Positions 19,514 through 30,026 are shown, numbered from the stretch's first letter. The stretch: DNA of 64,000 bases from a candidate division FCPU426 bacterium (GCA_963738405.1 CAVTWJ010000001.1:1-64000), one strand, 5' to 3'. Notes: generated by a model not told the origin, from the letters alone. Numbers and translations are program-made.

Positions 19514-20698
19514 GTGATGCCCATTCAAACCGAATCCAAACTCATCAAAAATTTTCCCCCTTATATTTTCGCCCGCTTAACCGCTGAAAGGCTTGCCGCC
19601 CGGCAAAAGGGAAAAGACGTCATCGATTTCACCATGGGAAACCCGGATTCCCCGACGCCCCAACCCATCGTCGATAAACTCATTGAGGTTGTTCGGGATA
19701 AAAAATCTCACCGTTATTCCACTTCCAAGGGAATCCCGGCACTCTTAAAGGCGGTTTCCCGCTGGTATGACCGTAAATATGGCGTCTCCATTGACCCCAA
19801 GACCGAGGCGGTTTCGATTATCGGTTCCAAGGAAGGCTTGGCCCATTTAGGCCTCGCGGTTATTAACAGGGGAGATCAGGTTTTCGTCCCGGACCCGACC
19901 TATCCCATTCATCAATACAGCGTCGTGATTGCCGGGGGAAAGCTGGTCAAGATCCCGGTTTTGGGCGGGCCGGAGGATTTTCTCAAGCGCTTGGAGAAAA
20001 CCACCGCCAAGCGGGGCTCCAAGCCCAAAATGCTGATCATCAATTTCCCCCATAACCCCACGACCATTTGTGTGGAAGCGGCTTTCTTTACCGAAATCGT
20101 CAAGTGGGCCAAAAGGCACCAGGTGATGGTGGTGCACGATTTAGCCTATGCCGATATCGTGTTTGACGACTACAAATCACCCAGTTTTTTGGCTACCAAG
20201 GGAGCCAAGGAAATTGGCGTCGAGACTTTTACCCTTTCCAAATCCTACAACATGGCCGGATGGCGCATTGGGTTTTGCGCGGGCAATGAAAAGGTCATCG
20301 CCTCGTTGGCCCGCATTAAGAGCTACATGGATTATGGAATCTTTACCCCTATCCAGGTGGCCGCCATTACGGCCCTCGATAGCCCTGAGGAAAATTTGAG
20401 AAAACTGGCGGCCCTTTACCAGGAGCGCCGGGATGTCATGGCGGATGGCCTGAACGCCATGGGCTGGCCGGTGGAAAAACCCAAGGCTGCCATGTACCTC
20501 TGGGCCAAAATTCCAAAAAAATTCGCCCATATGAAATCGTTCGACTTCGCCATGATGTTATTGAAAGAAGCGGAAGCCGCGGTTTCACCCGGGACCGGAT
20601 TCGGGAAACTAGGGGAAGGTTACGTTCGTATCGCCTTAGTTGAAAACAAGGACCGCATCCGCCAGGCCCTAAGGAACATTAAAAAACTATTCGTTTAA
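19514..20698 (+). CDS. Class I/II PLP aminotransferase (AlaC / LL-DAP aminotransferase-like)
   Basis: MGNPD, GSKEG, NFPHNPT, HDLAY, TLSKSYNMAGWRIG. Confidence 0.9.
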   Translation: MMPIQTESKLIKNFPPYIFARLTAERLAARQKGKDVIDFTMGNPDSPTPQPIVDKLIEVVRDKKSHRYSTSKGIPALLKAVSRWYDRKYGVSIDPKTEAVSIIGSKEGLAHLGLAVINRGDQVFVPDPTYPIHQYSVVIAGGKLVKIPVLGGPEDFLKRLEKTTAKRGSKPKMLIINFPHNPTTICVEAAFFTEIVKWAKRHQVMVVHDLAYADIVFDDYKSPSFLATKGAKEIGVETFTLSKSYNMAGWRIGFCAGNEKVIASLARIKSYMDYGIFTPIQVAAITALDSPEENLRKLAALYQERRDVMADGLNAMGWPVEKPKAAMYLWAKIPKKFAHMKSFDFAMMLLKEAEAAVSPGTGFGKLGEGYVRIALVENKDRIRQALRNIKKLFV

Positions 20699-20753
20699 TT
20701 TTAATGGGGAGAATCATCCCGGTGTCAATGACCGGGTTTTAGAGGAGAGACGC

Positions 20754-21923
20754 ATGGATATCGCAAACCGAATGAAACAAGTCGCGCCATCAATGACCCT
20801 GGCCATCGACGCGAAGGCCAAAAAATTGAAAGAGGAAGGCGTGGATGTACTTAATTTTGGCGCGGGGGAACCGGATTTTAATACGCCCCAATCCATCTGC
20901 GACGCGGCTAAGAAAGCCATCGATGAGGGTCACCACAAATACACGCCCGTGCCTGGAACCTTGGAACTGCGCAAGGCCATTGGTCAATACTTAGAAAAAG
21001 AATACAAGGTCAAATACGAACCCGCCGAAATCGTGGCTTCCTGTGGAGCCAAGCATTCTCTCTATAACATTTTTATGGCGCTCATTAACCCTGGGGACGA
21101 GGTTTTAATTCCTTCCCCCTTCTGGGTCAGCTATCCCGAACAGGTCAAGCTTGCGGGCGGCATCCCCGTTTATGTCGAATGTTCAGAAGCGGATGAATTC
21201 AAACTTTCGCCGGAAGCCTTGAAGAGCAAAATCACACCCAAGACCAAGGCGTTGGTTCTTAATTCTCCCAGCAACCCCACGGGAGCCGTTGTGGGGCGAA
21301 AGGCCATGGAAGGAATTGCCGAGTTGGCGTTGAAGCACCAATTCACCGTGATCTCGGATGAGATCTATTCCAAATTGATTTACGGTGAGGAACATGTGTG
21401 CTTTCCATCCCTCTCCAAACAGGTAGCGGCTCAAACGATACTGGTCAACGGCATGTCCAAGGCTTTTGCCATGACGGGCTGGCGGTTGGGTTACGCCGCG
21501 GGACCGGCCAATATGATGAAGGCCATCGCCGATTTGCAGGGTCAATCCACCTCTAACGCGACGGCCATCGTGCAAAAAGCCGGTGTGGCCGCTCTGGCAT
21601 TGCCTGATTCGGAAATTCAAAAGATGGTCTCGGTATTCCAAAAACGCCGGGACATGATCGTGGAGGGTTTAAACGCGATTCCTGGAATCAAGTGCCTGAA
21701 GCCGGCGGGGGCTTTTTACGTGTTCCCGAACGTGAAGGGCCTTTTCAAGCCGGGCCGGGCCAACTCACTCGAATTATCGGATTATCTCCTCGACAAGGCC
21801 AAGGTGGCTATCACGCCGGGTATCGCCTTTGGCGCTGAAGGGTACCTAAGGATGTCCTATGCCACCAGCGAGAAGACAATCATGGAAGGTTTGAAGAGAA
21901 TTAGGGAAACGGTTGGTGGGTGA
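20754..21923 (+). CDS. aspC: Aspartate aminotransferase
   Basis: GAGEPDF, NSPSNPTG, SDEIY, NGMSKAFAMTGWRLGY. Confidence 0.88.
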   Translation: MDIANRMKQVAPSMTLAIDAKAKKLKEEGVDVLNFGAGEPDFNTPQSICDAAKKAIDEGHHKYTPVPGTLELRKAIGQYLEKEYKVKYEPAEIVASCGAKHSLYNIFMALINPGDEVLIPSPFWVSYPEQVKLAGGIPVYVECSEADEFKLSPEALKSKITPKTKALVLNSPSNPTGAVVGRKAMEGIAELALKHQFTVISDEIYSKLIYGEEHVCFPSLSKQVAAQTILVNGMSKAFAMTGWRLGYAAGPANMMKAIADLQGQSTSNATAIVQKAGVAALALPDSEIQKMVSVFQKRRDMIVEGLNAIPGIKCLKPAGAFYVFPNVKGLFKPGRANSLELSDYLLDKAKVAITPGIAFGAEGYLRMSYATSEKTIMEGLKRIRETVGG

Positions 21924-22020
21924 AGCCTGGGGATTGAGGTAACTTGTAAAGCGGCGGGGTGAAGGCCCCCCTTTTTCTTGAATCCACCATCTTTTTACCC
22001 TAATCTATAGTTCCTTTTGC

Positions 22021-22060
22021 GCAAAACGCCCCAAACTCCAATGATTTTGGGGCGTTTTGC
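22021..22060. repeat. Perfect 15-bp inverted repeat upstream of hom
   Basis: GCAAAACGCCCCAAA-10 nt-TTTGGGGCGTTTTGC. Confidence 0.8.
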
Positions 22061-22097
22061 TATTTGTACACTGAAATGCGTTTAGCGGAGACGAAGC

Positions 22098-23420
22098 ATG
22101 GCCGAAAACAAGTCCATCATCCAAGTAGGAATGATCGGTTTTGGCACCGTAGGACAGGGTGTCTACCGCCTATTGGAAAAAAACCGCTCCGAGATCGAAT
22201 CCAAGATCGGCGCCCAGCTAAGAATCAAGAAAATCATCGACCGGGACTGGAGCAAGACCCGGGATATCACTGTGCCCGAGTCCATGATGGGCACTCAGTT
22301 TGATGAAATCGTCACGGATCCCGATATCGACATCATTTTGGAACTCATCGGGGGCTATGAACCGGCCCGTACCTATATTTTGGACGCCATGCGGCGTGGA
22401 AAACACGTGGTGACCGCCAACAAGGCGGTCCTTTCAGTCCATTGGGATGAAATCATCCAGACCGCCCGCCAGCACAAGGTGGATATTTATTTCGAGGCCG
22501 CCGTTTGCAGCGGAACCCCGGTGATTCAGGCCATCAATGACGGTCTTGCCCCTAATAACATCACTTCCATTTACGGAATCGTGAACGGCACCACCAATTT
22601 TATTCTTCAAAAGATGACGGAAGAAAAAAAGACGTTCAAGGAAGCTCTCCTGATGGCCCAAAAGAAGGGTTTGGCCGAAGCGGACCCGACCCTCGATATT
22701 AACGGCATGGATGCGGCGCATAAACTTTCCATTTTGGCCTCCTTGGCTTTCTCCAAAAGAGTGAAGGTGGAGGATATATATGTAGAAGGTATCGAAAAGA
22801 TTTCGGTGCAGGATATCGAGTTCGCCCGGGAAGAATTCGGCCGGGTGGTGAAGCTTTTTGCCATAGCTGAGGTAGAAGGGGATGAATTGGAGGTTCGGGT
22901 TCATCCAACCCTAATCCCTGAAGACCACCTTTTGGCCAAGGTTGACGGCGAATATAACGGCGTGCTGGTAACGGGTGATTGGGTCGGAACCACCATGTAT
23001 TACGGTCTGGGGGCGGGGCAGAGGCCCACAGCCTCAGGTGTGGTTAGCGATCTTATCTACGTAGGTCGGGCGGTACATGACAATATCGCGGGCGAAATTT
23101 CCAACGCCTGGTTCTTGAGCGACAACCCGCAGATCAAGCGCTTGAAGAAAATGGGCGACATCAAATCCCGTTATTACCTCAAATTCACGGTTTTGGATCA
23201 GGTGGGTGTGCTATCCGCGATTTCCAGAATCCTAGGCGAACACCAAATCTCCATCGCTTCGGTCATTCAGAAGGAACAAAAGAAGGGCGATAAGGTGCCG
23301 GTGGTGATTGTTACTTACGAGGCAGTGGAAAAGAATGTTCAGGAAGCCTTGAAGAAGATCAACGGCTTGCCCTTTGTTCAGGAAGAAACGCTTTTGATCC
23401 GTATGGATCGAGGCGAGTAA
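22098..23420 (+). CDS. hom: Homoserine dehydrogenase with ACT domain
   Basis: GFGTVG, VVTANKA, NGTTNFIL, AEADPTLDING, C-terminal ACT. Confidence 0.97.
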   Translation: MAENKSIIQVGMIGFGTVGQGVYRLLEKNRSEIESKIGAQLRIKKIIDRDWSKTRDITVPESMMGTQFDEIVTDPDIDIILELIGGYEPARTYILDAMRRGKHVVTANKAVLSVHWDEIIQTARQHKVDIYFEAAVCSGTPVIQAINDGLAPNNITSIYGIVNGTTNFILQKMTEEKKTFKEALLMAQKKGLAEADPTLDINGMDAAHKLSILASLAFSKRVKVEDIYVEGIEKISVQDIEFAREEFGRVVKLFAIAEVEGDELEVRVHPTLIPEDHLLAKVDGEYNGVLVTGDWVGTTMYYGLGAGQRPTASGVVSDLIYVGRAVHDNIAGEISNAWFLSDNPQIKRLKKMGDIKSRYYLKFTVLDQVGVLSAISRILGEHQISIASVIQKEQKKGDKVPVVIVTYEAVEKNVQEALKKINGLPFVQEETLLIRMDRGE

Positions 23421-24481
23421 TGGCCTATTGGCGCGGAGTTATCGAAGAATATCGTTCCTACCTTCCGGTTACGGATAAGACACCGGTGGTTACCCTGAAA
23501 GAAGGGGATACGCCCCTGCTTTTCGGGCCCCGAATTTCGGAAAAGCTCGGAAACGGGCTCAAAGTTTATTTTAAATTCGAGGGACTCAACCCCACTGGTT
23601 CGTTTAAGGACCGGGGCATGACAATGGCCATGTCCAAAGCCGTAGAAGAGGGAGCCAAAGTTGTCGTCTGCGCCTCCACGGGAAACACTTCGGCGGCAGC
23701 TGCCGCCTATTCGGCCCATGCGGGCCTTTCCTGCGCGGTTTTTTTGCCACACGGTTCCATTGCCCTTGGGAAACTTGCTCAATCCATGATTTACGGTGCC
23801 AAGGTCATCGCTGTGGAAGGAAGTTTCGACCAAGCCTTGAAGCTCACTCGCGATCTTGCGGACAAATATCCAGTCACGATGGTCAATTCCAACAATCCCT
23901 ACCGTCTTCAAGGTCAAAAAACCGCCGCTTTTGAGATTGTCGATACCCTTGGGGATGCTCCCGAATATCACGCCATCCCAGTTGGAAACGCCGGTAACAT
24001 CACGGCCTATTGGATGGGTTATCAGGAATACCACCAAAAGGGTTTTTCCAAACGCCTGCCGAAGATGTGCGGTTTCCAGGCGGCTGGCTCGGCTCCCATT
24101 GTACTGGGTCATGTGGTGGAGAATCCCCATACCTTGGCGACGGCTATTAAAATTGGAAATCCCTATTCCTGGAAAAAAGCGGAAGAAGCCCGGGACCAAT
24201 CCAAAGGTTTAATCGATTCGGTGACGGACCCCGAAATCCTGGAGGCCTATCAGCTCTTAGCCTCCACGGAGGGTATCTTTTGTGAACCGGCGTCCGCCGC
24301 TTCCCTGGCGGGGGTGATCAAAAAAAACAAAGAAGGCTATTTCACCGATGGGGAACGCCGGATTGTCTGCACCTTGACGGGACACGGATTGAAAGACCCC
24401 GACCGGGCGGTGGCGATGTGCGCTCAGCCCGAAGTGGTGAAGCCCGAGATGGGCTCCATTTTAAAAGCCCTCAAACTTTAA
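23420..24481 (+). CDS. thrC: Threonine synthase
   Basis: EGLNPTGSFKDRG, ASTGNTS, PVGNAGNI, CEPASAAS; coupled to hom. Confidence 0.96.
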   Translation: MAYWRGVIEEYRSYLPVTDKTPVVTLKEGDTPLLFGPRISEKLGNGLKVYFKFEGLNPTGSFKDRGMTMAMSKAVEEGAKVVVCASTGNTSAAAAAYSAHAGLSCAVFLPHGSIALGKLAQSMIYGAKVIAVEGSFDQALKLTRDLADKYPVTMVNSNNPYRLQGQKTAAFEIVDTLGDAPEYHAIPVGNAGNITAYWMGYQEYHQKGFSKRLPKMCGFQAAGSAPIVLGHVVENPHTLATAIKIGNPYSWKKAEEARDQSKGLIDSVTDPEILEAYQLLASTEGIFCEPASAASLAGVIKKNKEGYFTDGERRIVCTLTGHGLKDPDRAVAMCAQPEVVKPEMGSILKALKL

Positions 24482-24523
24482 AGGCTCGTAAGCCGACCGA
24501 ATCAACCTATAAGGATCGGAAAC

Positions 24524-25756
24524 ATGGCGATCATTGTTCAAAAATACGGCGGCTCTTCTGTGGCGGACGCCGATAAGATGCTGGAAGTGGCCCGGCGCAT
24601 CGCCAAGAACCGCAAACAGGGCAACGAGGTGGTGGTCGTGGTTTCCGCCCCTGGCGACACCACCGACGACCTGATCGCCAAGGCCCACCAGATCACCGAC
24701 ACCCCCGACGAGCGGGAAATGGACGTGTTGCTGGCAACCGGCGAACAGCAGTCCATCGCCTTGCTTTCCATCGCCCTCAAAAGCATGAACTGCGACGCCA
24801 TCTCCTTCACGGGCCCCCAGGTGGGAATCGTCACCGATGATGTGCATACCAAAGCCCGCATCGTCAAAGTTGGCGATTCCAAGATTCGATCGGCCCTGAA
24901 CCTGGGTAAGGTGGTCATCGTGGCGGGCTTCCAGGGAGAGAACAAAGACCACGAAATCACGACCCTTGGACGGGGTGGAAGCGACCTGACGGCGGTGGCG
25001 ATCGCCGCGGCCTTGAAGGCCGATGTCTGCGAGTTTTATAAGGATGTGGACGGTGTTTTTACCGCCAATCCCGCTATCGTCAAGAACGCCCGTAAATTAG
25101 ACGCCATCAGTTACGACGAAATGTTGGAAATGGCCAGCTCGGGGGCCCAGGTTTTGAACGCCCGCTCGGTGGAGTTCGCCAAGAACTTCGGCATCAAGAT
25201 TCATGTGAGGCCGACATTTAACGAAAAGGATGGAACCATCGTCATGCATGAAACCAAAGCCATGGAAAAGGTGGTCATCAGCGGAGTGACCTATAATAAA
25301 AACGAGGCCAAAATCACGATTAGGGGCGTGCCGGACCGGCCCGGGATCGCCTCCATCCTCTTTTCCAAGCTGGGCACCTCCGGCATCAACGTGGACATGA
25401 TCATTCAAAACATCGGGGAAAAGGGTCATTCGGACCTTTCTTTTACGGTGGATCGTTCCGAGTTGAAAAAGGCCATGAAGGTCGTCAATGAGGCGGCGAA
25501 GGTATTAAAGCCCGCAGGGGTGATATCGGACGAAAACATCGCTAAGGTGTCGGTGGTGGGCGTCGGCATGAGGTCCCATTCGGGGGTGGCGGCCAGGATG
25601 TTCCAGGCCCTGGCTGAGAAAGAAGTGAATATCCTGATGATTTCCACCTCGGAGATTAAGATTTCGGTGGTCATTGACCAAAAGGACGTGGCCAAGGCGG
25701 TTTCGGCCATTCATGAGAAGTTTAAACTTGGTAAAAAGCCGTCAAGCGAAGGATAA
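24524..25756 (+). CDS. lysC: Aspartate kinase
   Basis: VQKYGGSSV, TTLGRGGSD, DVDGVFTANP, two ACT domains. Confidence 0.96.
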   Translation: MAIIVQKYGGSSVADADKMLEVARRIAKNRKQGNEVVVVVSAPGDTTDDLIAKAHQITDTPDEREMDVLLATGEQQSIALLSIALKSMNCDAISFTGPQVGIVTDDVHTKARIVKVGDSKIRSALNLGKVVIVAGFQGENKDHEITTLGRGGSDLTAVAIAAALKADVCEFYKDVDGVFTANPAIVKNARKLDAISYDEMLEMASSGAQVLNARSVEFAKNFGIKIHVRPTFNEKDGTIVMHETKAMEKVVISGVTYNKNEAKITIRGVPDRPGIASILFSKLGTSGINVDMIIQNIGEKGHSDLSFTVDRSELKKAMKVVNEAAKVLKPAGVISDENIAKVSVVGVGMRSHSGVAARMFQALAEKEVNILMISTSEIKISVVIDQKDVAKAVSAIHEKFKLGKKPSSEG

Positions 25757-25765
25757 GGTGGAGCT

Positions 25766-27358
25766 GTGAGCGAGAAAATAGTTCTATATGACGCCCTCTT
25801 AAGGGAAGGTCCCCAAACCCAGGGAATCAACCTGTCCGTGGAAGATAAAATATCGCTCGCCTTGGCCCTGGATGAACTGGGCCTTCATTATCTGGAAGGC
25901 GGATGGCCCGGCGCCAACCCCAAAGACACTCTCTTTTTCCAAAAAGCCAAAAAATTAAAGCTGAAAGCCAGGCTTTCGGCCTTCGGCATGACCCGCCGAG
26001 CCCATCACAAGGCGAACCAAGACCCGAGCCTCGTGGGTTTGGTGAAAGCCGAGGTGCGGACCATCACCGTAGTGGGCAAGACCTGGGATTTTCACGTCAC
26101 CAAAGCCTTAGGCATTACCCTCGAGCAAAATTTGGAAATCATCAACGACTCGGTCAAATACCTGAAGTCCAAGACCGATGAGGTCTTTTTGGACGCGGAA
26201 CATTTTTTTGACGGCTACAAGCACAACCCTGAATATTCCCTCAAATGTCTCGAGGCGGCCTTGCGGGCGAAGGCGGATTGCCTGGTGCTTTGCGATACCA
26301 ATGGCGGCTCCTTGCCGGAGGAAATCGAGGCGGTAGTGACCCGCGTTCATCAGCGTTTTCCCGGAGTTTCGATCGGTATCCACTGCCACAACGATTCCGA
26401 TCTGGCCGTGGCCAATACCATGGCGGCCCTGTCGGCCGGAGCGACTCAAGTGCAGGGCTGCGTAAACGGCTACGGGGAAAGGGTGGGGAACACCAATCTG
26501 ACATCATTGATTCCCAACCTGGCCTTGAAAAAGGGCCTTTCCTTCCTCCGTCCGGTACATCTGGATAAACTCACCGATGTTTCCCGCCGGGTGGATGAAA
26601 TATTGAACCAGAACCCGCGCCCCAGCGCCCCCTATGTGGGCAAAAACGCCTTTACCCACAAGGGTGGAATGCACATCTCTGCCGTCCAAAAAGCCACCCA
26701 GGCCTATGAGCACGTGAACCCCGAACAGGTGGGCAACCAGCGAAAGCTGGTCCTATCCGATCAGTCGGGTGTCTCGGCGGTTTTGCACCAAGCTGGGAAG
26801 GGGCGCATCAAGCTCGATAAAAACACCCCCGAGGCCAAGGCCATCATCGCGGAAGTGAAACAAATGGAAAGCGAGGGCTACCAGTTTGAGGGGGCGGAGG
26901 CTTCGTTCGAGCTTTTGCTCAAAAAAGCATTGGGAAAGCATCGCAACTTTTTTGATCTGGTGGGATTCCGGGTGATCGTTGAAAACCGCGGGGACGGAAA
27001 AATGATCAGCGAGGCCACGATAAAGTTAAAGGTCAATGGAGTCTTGGAAAACACGGTGGGCGAGGGGGATGGCCCCATTAACGCCTTGGATCAGGCCTTG
27101 CGGAAGGCCTTGACTAAATTTTACCCCGCCTTGAAAGAGGTCCGGCTCACGGATTTTAAGGTGCGGGTTCTGGACGCCAAGGAAGGCACCGCCGCCAAGG
27201 TGCGGGTCTTGATCGAAAGCCGCGACCAAAAGGACGCCTGGGGAACGGTGGGCGTATCCGAAAATATTATCGAGGCCTCTTGGGAGGCCTTGGTCGATTC
27301 CATCGACTATAAGCTGCTTAAGGATGGGGGCAAAAAAAGCAACCGGCGGACTCGTTGA
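25766..27358 (+). CDS. cimA: Citramalate synthase
   Basis: EGGWPGANPKD, GKTWDFHV, DAEHFFDG, HCHND, GYQFEGAEASF, WGTVGVSENII. Confidence 0.92.
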   Translation: MSEKIVLYDALLREGPQTQGINLSVEDKISLALALDELGLHYLEGGWPGANPKDTLFFQKAKKLKLKARLSAFGMTRRAHHKANQDPSLVGLVKAEVRTITVVGKTWDFHVTKALGITLEQNLEIINDSVKYLKSKTDEVFLDAEHFFDGYKHNPEYSLKCLEAALRAKADCLVLCDTNGGSLPEEIEAVVTRVHQRFPGVSIGIHCHNDSDLAVANTMAALSAGATQVQGCVNGYGERVGNTNLTSLIPNLALKKGLSFLRPVHLDKLTDVSRRVDEILNQNPRPSAPYVGKNAFTHKGGMHISAVQKATQAYEHVNPEQVGNQRKLVLSDQSGVSAVLHQAGKGRIKLDKNTPEAKAIIAEVKQMESEGYQFEGAEASFELLLKKALGKHRNFFDLVGFRVIVENRGDGKMISEATIKLKVNGVLENTVGEGDGPINALDQALRKALTKFYPALKEVRLTDFKVRVLDAKEGTAAKVRVLIESRDQKDAWGTVGVSENIIEASWEALVDSIDYKLLKDGGKKSNRRTR

Positions 27359-28182
27359 AGCGGACCCAAACCCTTAAGCCGGTCCACCGTCCGGTTGGAA
27401 TTTTCGATTCGGGGCTGGGCGGGTTAACCGTCGTCAAGGCGGTTCAAAAACAGCTTCCCAACGAAAATTTGGTTTACTTCGGCGACACGGCCCGGATTCC
27501 CTACGGCTCCAAGAGCCAAGATACCATCATCCATTACACACGGCAGATCATCCGGTTTCTCATGAAAAAGGAGAGGGTGAAGGTCCTGGTGGTGGCCTGC
27601 AATACTTCCTCGGCTTGGGCCTTGCAACAGGTCAAGCGTGAGTTCGATATTCCAATCCTGGGCGTGATCAACCCCGGGGCCCAGGCGGCGGTGGAAGCCA
27701 CCCGCAACGGCCGCGTCGGGGTTATCGGCACGGAAGGAACCATCTATTCGGACGCCTACCCCGAAGCCCTTCACGCCTTGAATCCCAAAACCAAAGTGTT
27801 CACTCAAGCCTGTCCCCTTTTCGTGCCGCTCGTGGAGGAAAGCAAGCTTTCCGGTCCGGTGATTGAGGCGGTGGCCCGGGAATATTTGCGGCCCCTTTTG
27901 CGCTCGAAGATCGACACTCTTTTGCTGGGTTGTACCCATTACCCCCTGCTCAAACCGGTTCTTCAAAAAATCGCCGGGCCGAAGGTGCGCATTGTGGATT
28001 CGGCCGAGGAAACGGCCAAAAGCCTGAGATTGAACCTGGAATCCTATGGGGGGGAATCGTCCGGAAGGGGAAGCTCGAAATTTTATGTCAGCGACCTTTC
28101 GAGAAAGTTCAAGGAGCACGCTCAAAAATTCTTGGGCCGCCCCATCGCTAAGGTTGAGAAAATTTTCATAGAGAAGTATTAG
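27355..28182 (+). CDS. murI: Glutamate racemase
   Basis: IFDSGLGGLTV, GDTARIPYG, VACNTSS, LGCTHYP. Confidence 0.97.
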   Translation: MKRTQTLKPVHRPVGIFDSGLGGLTVVKAVQKQLPNENLVYFGDTARIPYGSKSQDTIIHYTRQIIRFLMKKERVKVLVVACNTSSAWALQQVKREFDIPILGVINPGAQAAVEATRNGRVGVIGTEGTIYSDAYPEALHALNPKTKVFTQACPLFVPLVEESKLSGPVIEAVAREYLRPLLRSKIDTLLLGCTHYPLLKPVLQKIAGPKVRIVDSAEETAKSLRLNLESYGGESSGRGSSKFYVSDLSRKFKEHAQKFLGRPIAKVEKIFIEKY

Positions 28183-28250
28183 AAGCGGTTTGGGTTGGTT
28201 GACTTTGTTTTCTTTCAACTTACAATGAGAATCAAGCTCGGAGGTTTCCT

Positions 28251-28976
28251 ATTAAAACCCTAATCCTTTTCATGTTTCTCTATTCGCTGCTGGGGGGGAT
28301 TTCCTTTTCCATGGCGGAGGGTGAATTGGCTTCCTCGCCGACGAATTACGAAATGGTGGAAGCTCCCACCGCCTATGTTCTCATGCATGGCGGTTACGAC
28401 ATCATCACGCGCGTGTATGACAATGGGGGTGTTTTTGTCCGGGGCAACCTGGGGTTTAAAGACATCTTTATGGTTGGGTTTTCGGTCAATGGAGCCAATG
28501 TCATCGGTAACGGGGAAATCCAAATCCAAATGCCCCAAATCGCCTTGAAGTTCAAGGCTCTTGATGAGAAATCAGCCCCTTTTTCGCTGGCGGTGGCCTG
28601 GGACAACCGGGGTTACGGCATCGAAAACAACGGGGTTTTCTTTCCCGGGACCCAAAAGGGTTTTTACATCGCCTGCAGCAGGGAATTTCCTGAAGTCGGT
28701 TTTTTGCAGGCCCATTGGGGTGTGAACGCGGTGACATTCAATAATTTTGATTCAAGCCAGGATCTGGGGGCCTTTTTGGGCACCTCTTTTGCCATTACTC
28801 CGACGCTGGCTTTTAATCTTGAAATGGATAAAATCTTGAATGACTACTGGCAATTCAACGGAAACTTCCTCTTTAATATCGATAAGCCCCTGCGGGTGGG
28901 GATCGATTTCCGTGATATGAACCGAGCCGACTTGTTTTCCCGCATCATCCGTATCCAGTACACCGGGTTTTTCTAA
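28251..28976 (+). CDS. Putative outer-membrane beta-barrel protein (YjbH-like), probable ATT start
   Basis: PTAYVL motif, amphipathic strands, C-terminal F; GGAGGT SD 5 nt before in-frame ATT 28251 (first ATG is 28272). Confidence 0.7.
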   Translation: MKTLILFMFLYSLLGGISFSMAEGELASSPTNYEMVEAPTAYVLMHGGYDIITRVYDNGGVFVRGNLGFKDIFMVGFSVNGANVIGNGEIQIQMPQIALKFKALDEKSAPFSLAVAWDNRGYGIENNGVFFPGTQKGFYIACSREFPEVGFLQAHWGVNAVTFNNFDSSQDLGAFLGTSFAITPTLAFNLEMDKILNDYWQFNGNFLFNIDKPLRVGIDFRDMNRADLFSRIIRIQYTGFF

Positions 28977-29003
28977 AACCTTCCGGAATCCAAAGGCGGA
29001 CCC

Positions 29004-29528
29004 ATGAAATCGACCATGATGGTTTTTTGTATTGCCTTTGTTTCCCTTTTAGTTGGATGTGGTTCCTCGTCCAATATCGAGTTGATTCCGCAGGGTAGCC
29101 GTCAAAACGCGGCTGAAATAAAGGCCCAATTGATTAGCGGGGGAAATCCCGCGTTAACTCTCGCCTCCTTAAGGGGGAAAGTCGTCATCTTGGATTTTTG
29201 GGCCACATGGTGCGGACCCTGCCGGATGGAAATTCCGGACTTGATCAAGATTTTCCAGGCCTATCATTCGAAGGGTTTGGAGATATATGGACTTTCGGTC
29301 GAGGGACAGGACGGACATCCCAATAAATACTTTGAGGATTTTATCCAGGCGAACGGAATCAATTATCCCTTGGGCCTTTCCAGCGTGGAAACGCTTCGGG
29401 ATTATGGAATTAGTCCGATACCCACCACCTTTTTCATTGATAAGCAGGGCAAGGTGGCCCTCTCTTTCGTGGGAGTTCACTCAGCGGAAGACTTTACTTC
29501 CGCCGTTGAAACCCTGTTGAAAGAGTAA
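29004..29528 (+). CDS. TlpA/ResA-like thiol-disulfide oxidoreductase lipoprotein
   Basis: Lipobox LVGC; LDFWATWCGPCR; IPTTFFID. Confidence 0.93.
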   Translation: MKSTMMVFCIAFVSLLVGCGSSSNIELIPQGSRQNAAEIKAQLISGGNPALTLASLRGKVVILDFWATWCGPCRMEIPDLIKIFQAYHSKGLEIYGLSVEGQDGHPNKYFEDFIQANGINYPLGLSSVETLRDYGISPIPTTFFIDKQGKVALSFVGVHSAEDFTSAVETLLKE

Positions 29529-29591
29529 GCACGCGGCTTTAACCCTTCTCTTTTGGGGTATAATTCAATTTATTAAGGTTTGGAGGGCCCT

Positions 29592-30026
29592 ATGCCCGAA
29601 ACCCAAGATTCCGACATCCGTGAAGGTTTTCTAGAACTGTACCGGGAACTTTTTGGCCATGTGCCTTATATGGAAACAGTCATCGAGCGTTTGGTGCACT
29701 GCCAACCTGTGGATCGGTCGATGCTTGAAAATCACTTGGCTCAAATGATCGCTTCCCTGGCGATGGCTCAGAAAAAACTCGCCCTGCCCAGGGGGGCCAA
29801 GGGCCTTAAAAGGGGCCAACCGGACTATTTCCGGCGCGAAATGCTGAAGGTTTCCAAGATCATCAAGGGCCAATTGGCGGTACTTTTAAAGACTTCCTTT
29901 CTGGTGGACAGCCGGGAGGCGGAGGAAGATTACCTGCAAACGCTCAGCGATGCCACGGATAATATCGCGGGGGCCTTTCAGCATGTGGTTCGATCCAATG
30001 TGCTGATGCCGGTCATGCTCAACTAA
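29592..30026 (+). CDS. Hypothetical helical protein
   Basis: GGAGG SD, TATAAT upstream, co-oriented with fur. Confidence 0.7.
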   Translation: MPETQDSDIREGFLELYRELFGHVPYMETVIERLVHCQPVDRSMLENHLAQMIASLAMAQKKLALPRGAKGLKRGQPDYFRREMLKVSKIIKGQLAVLLKTSFLVDSREAEEDYLQTLSDATDNIAGAFQHVVRSNVLMPVMLN

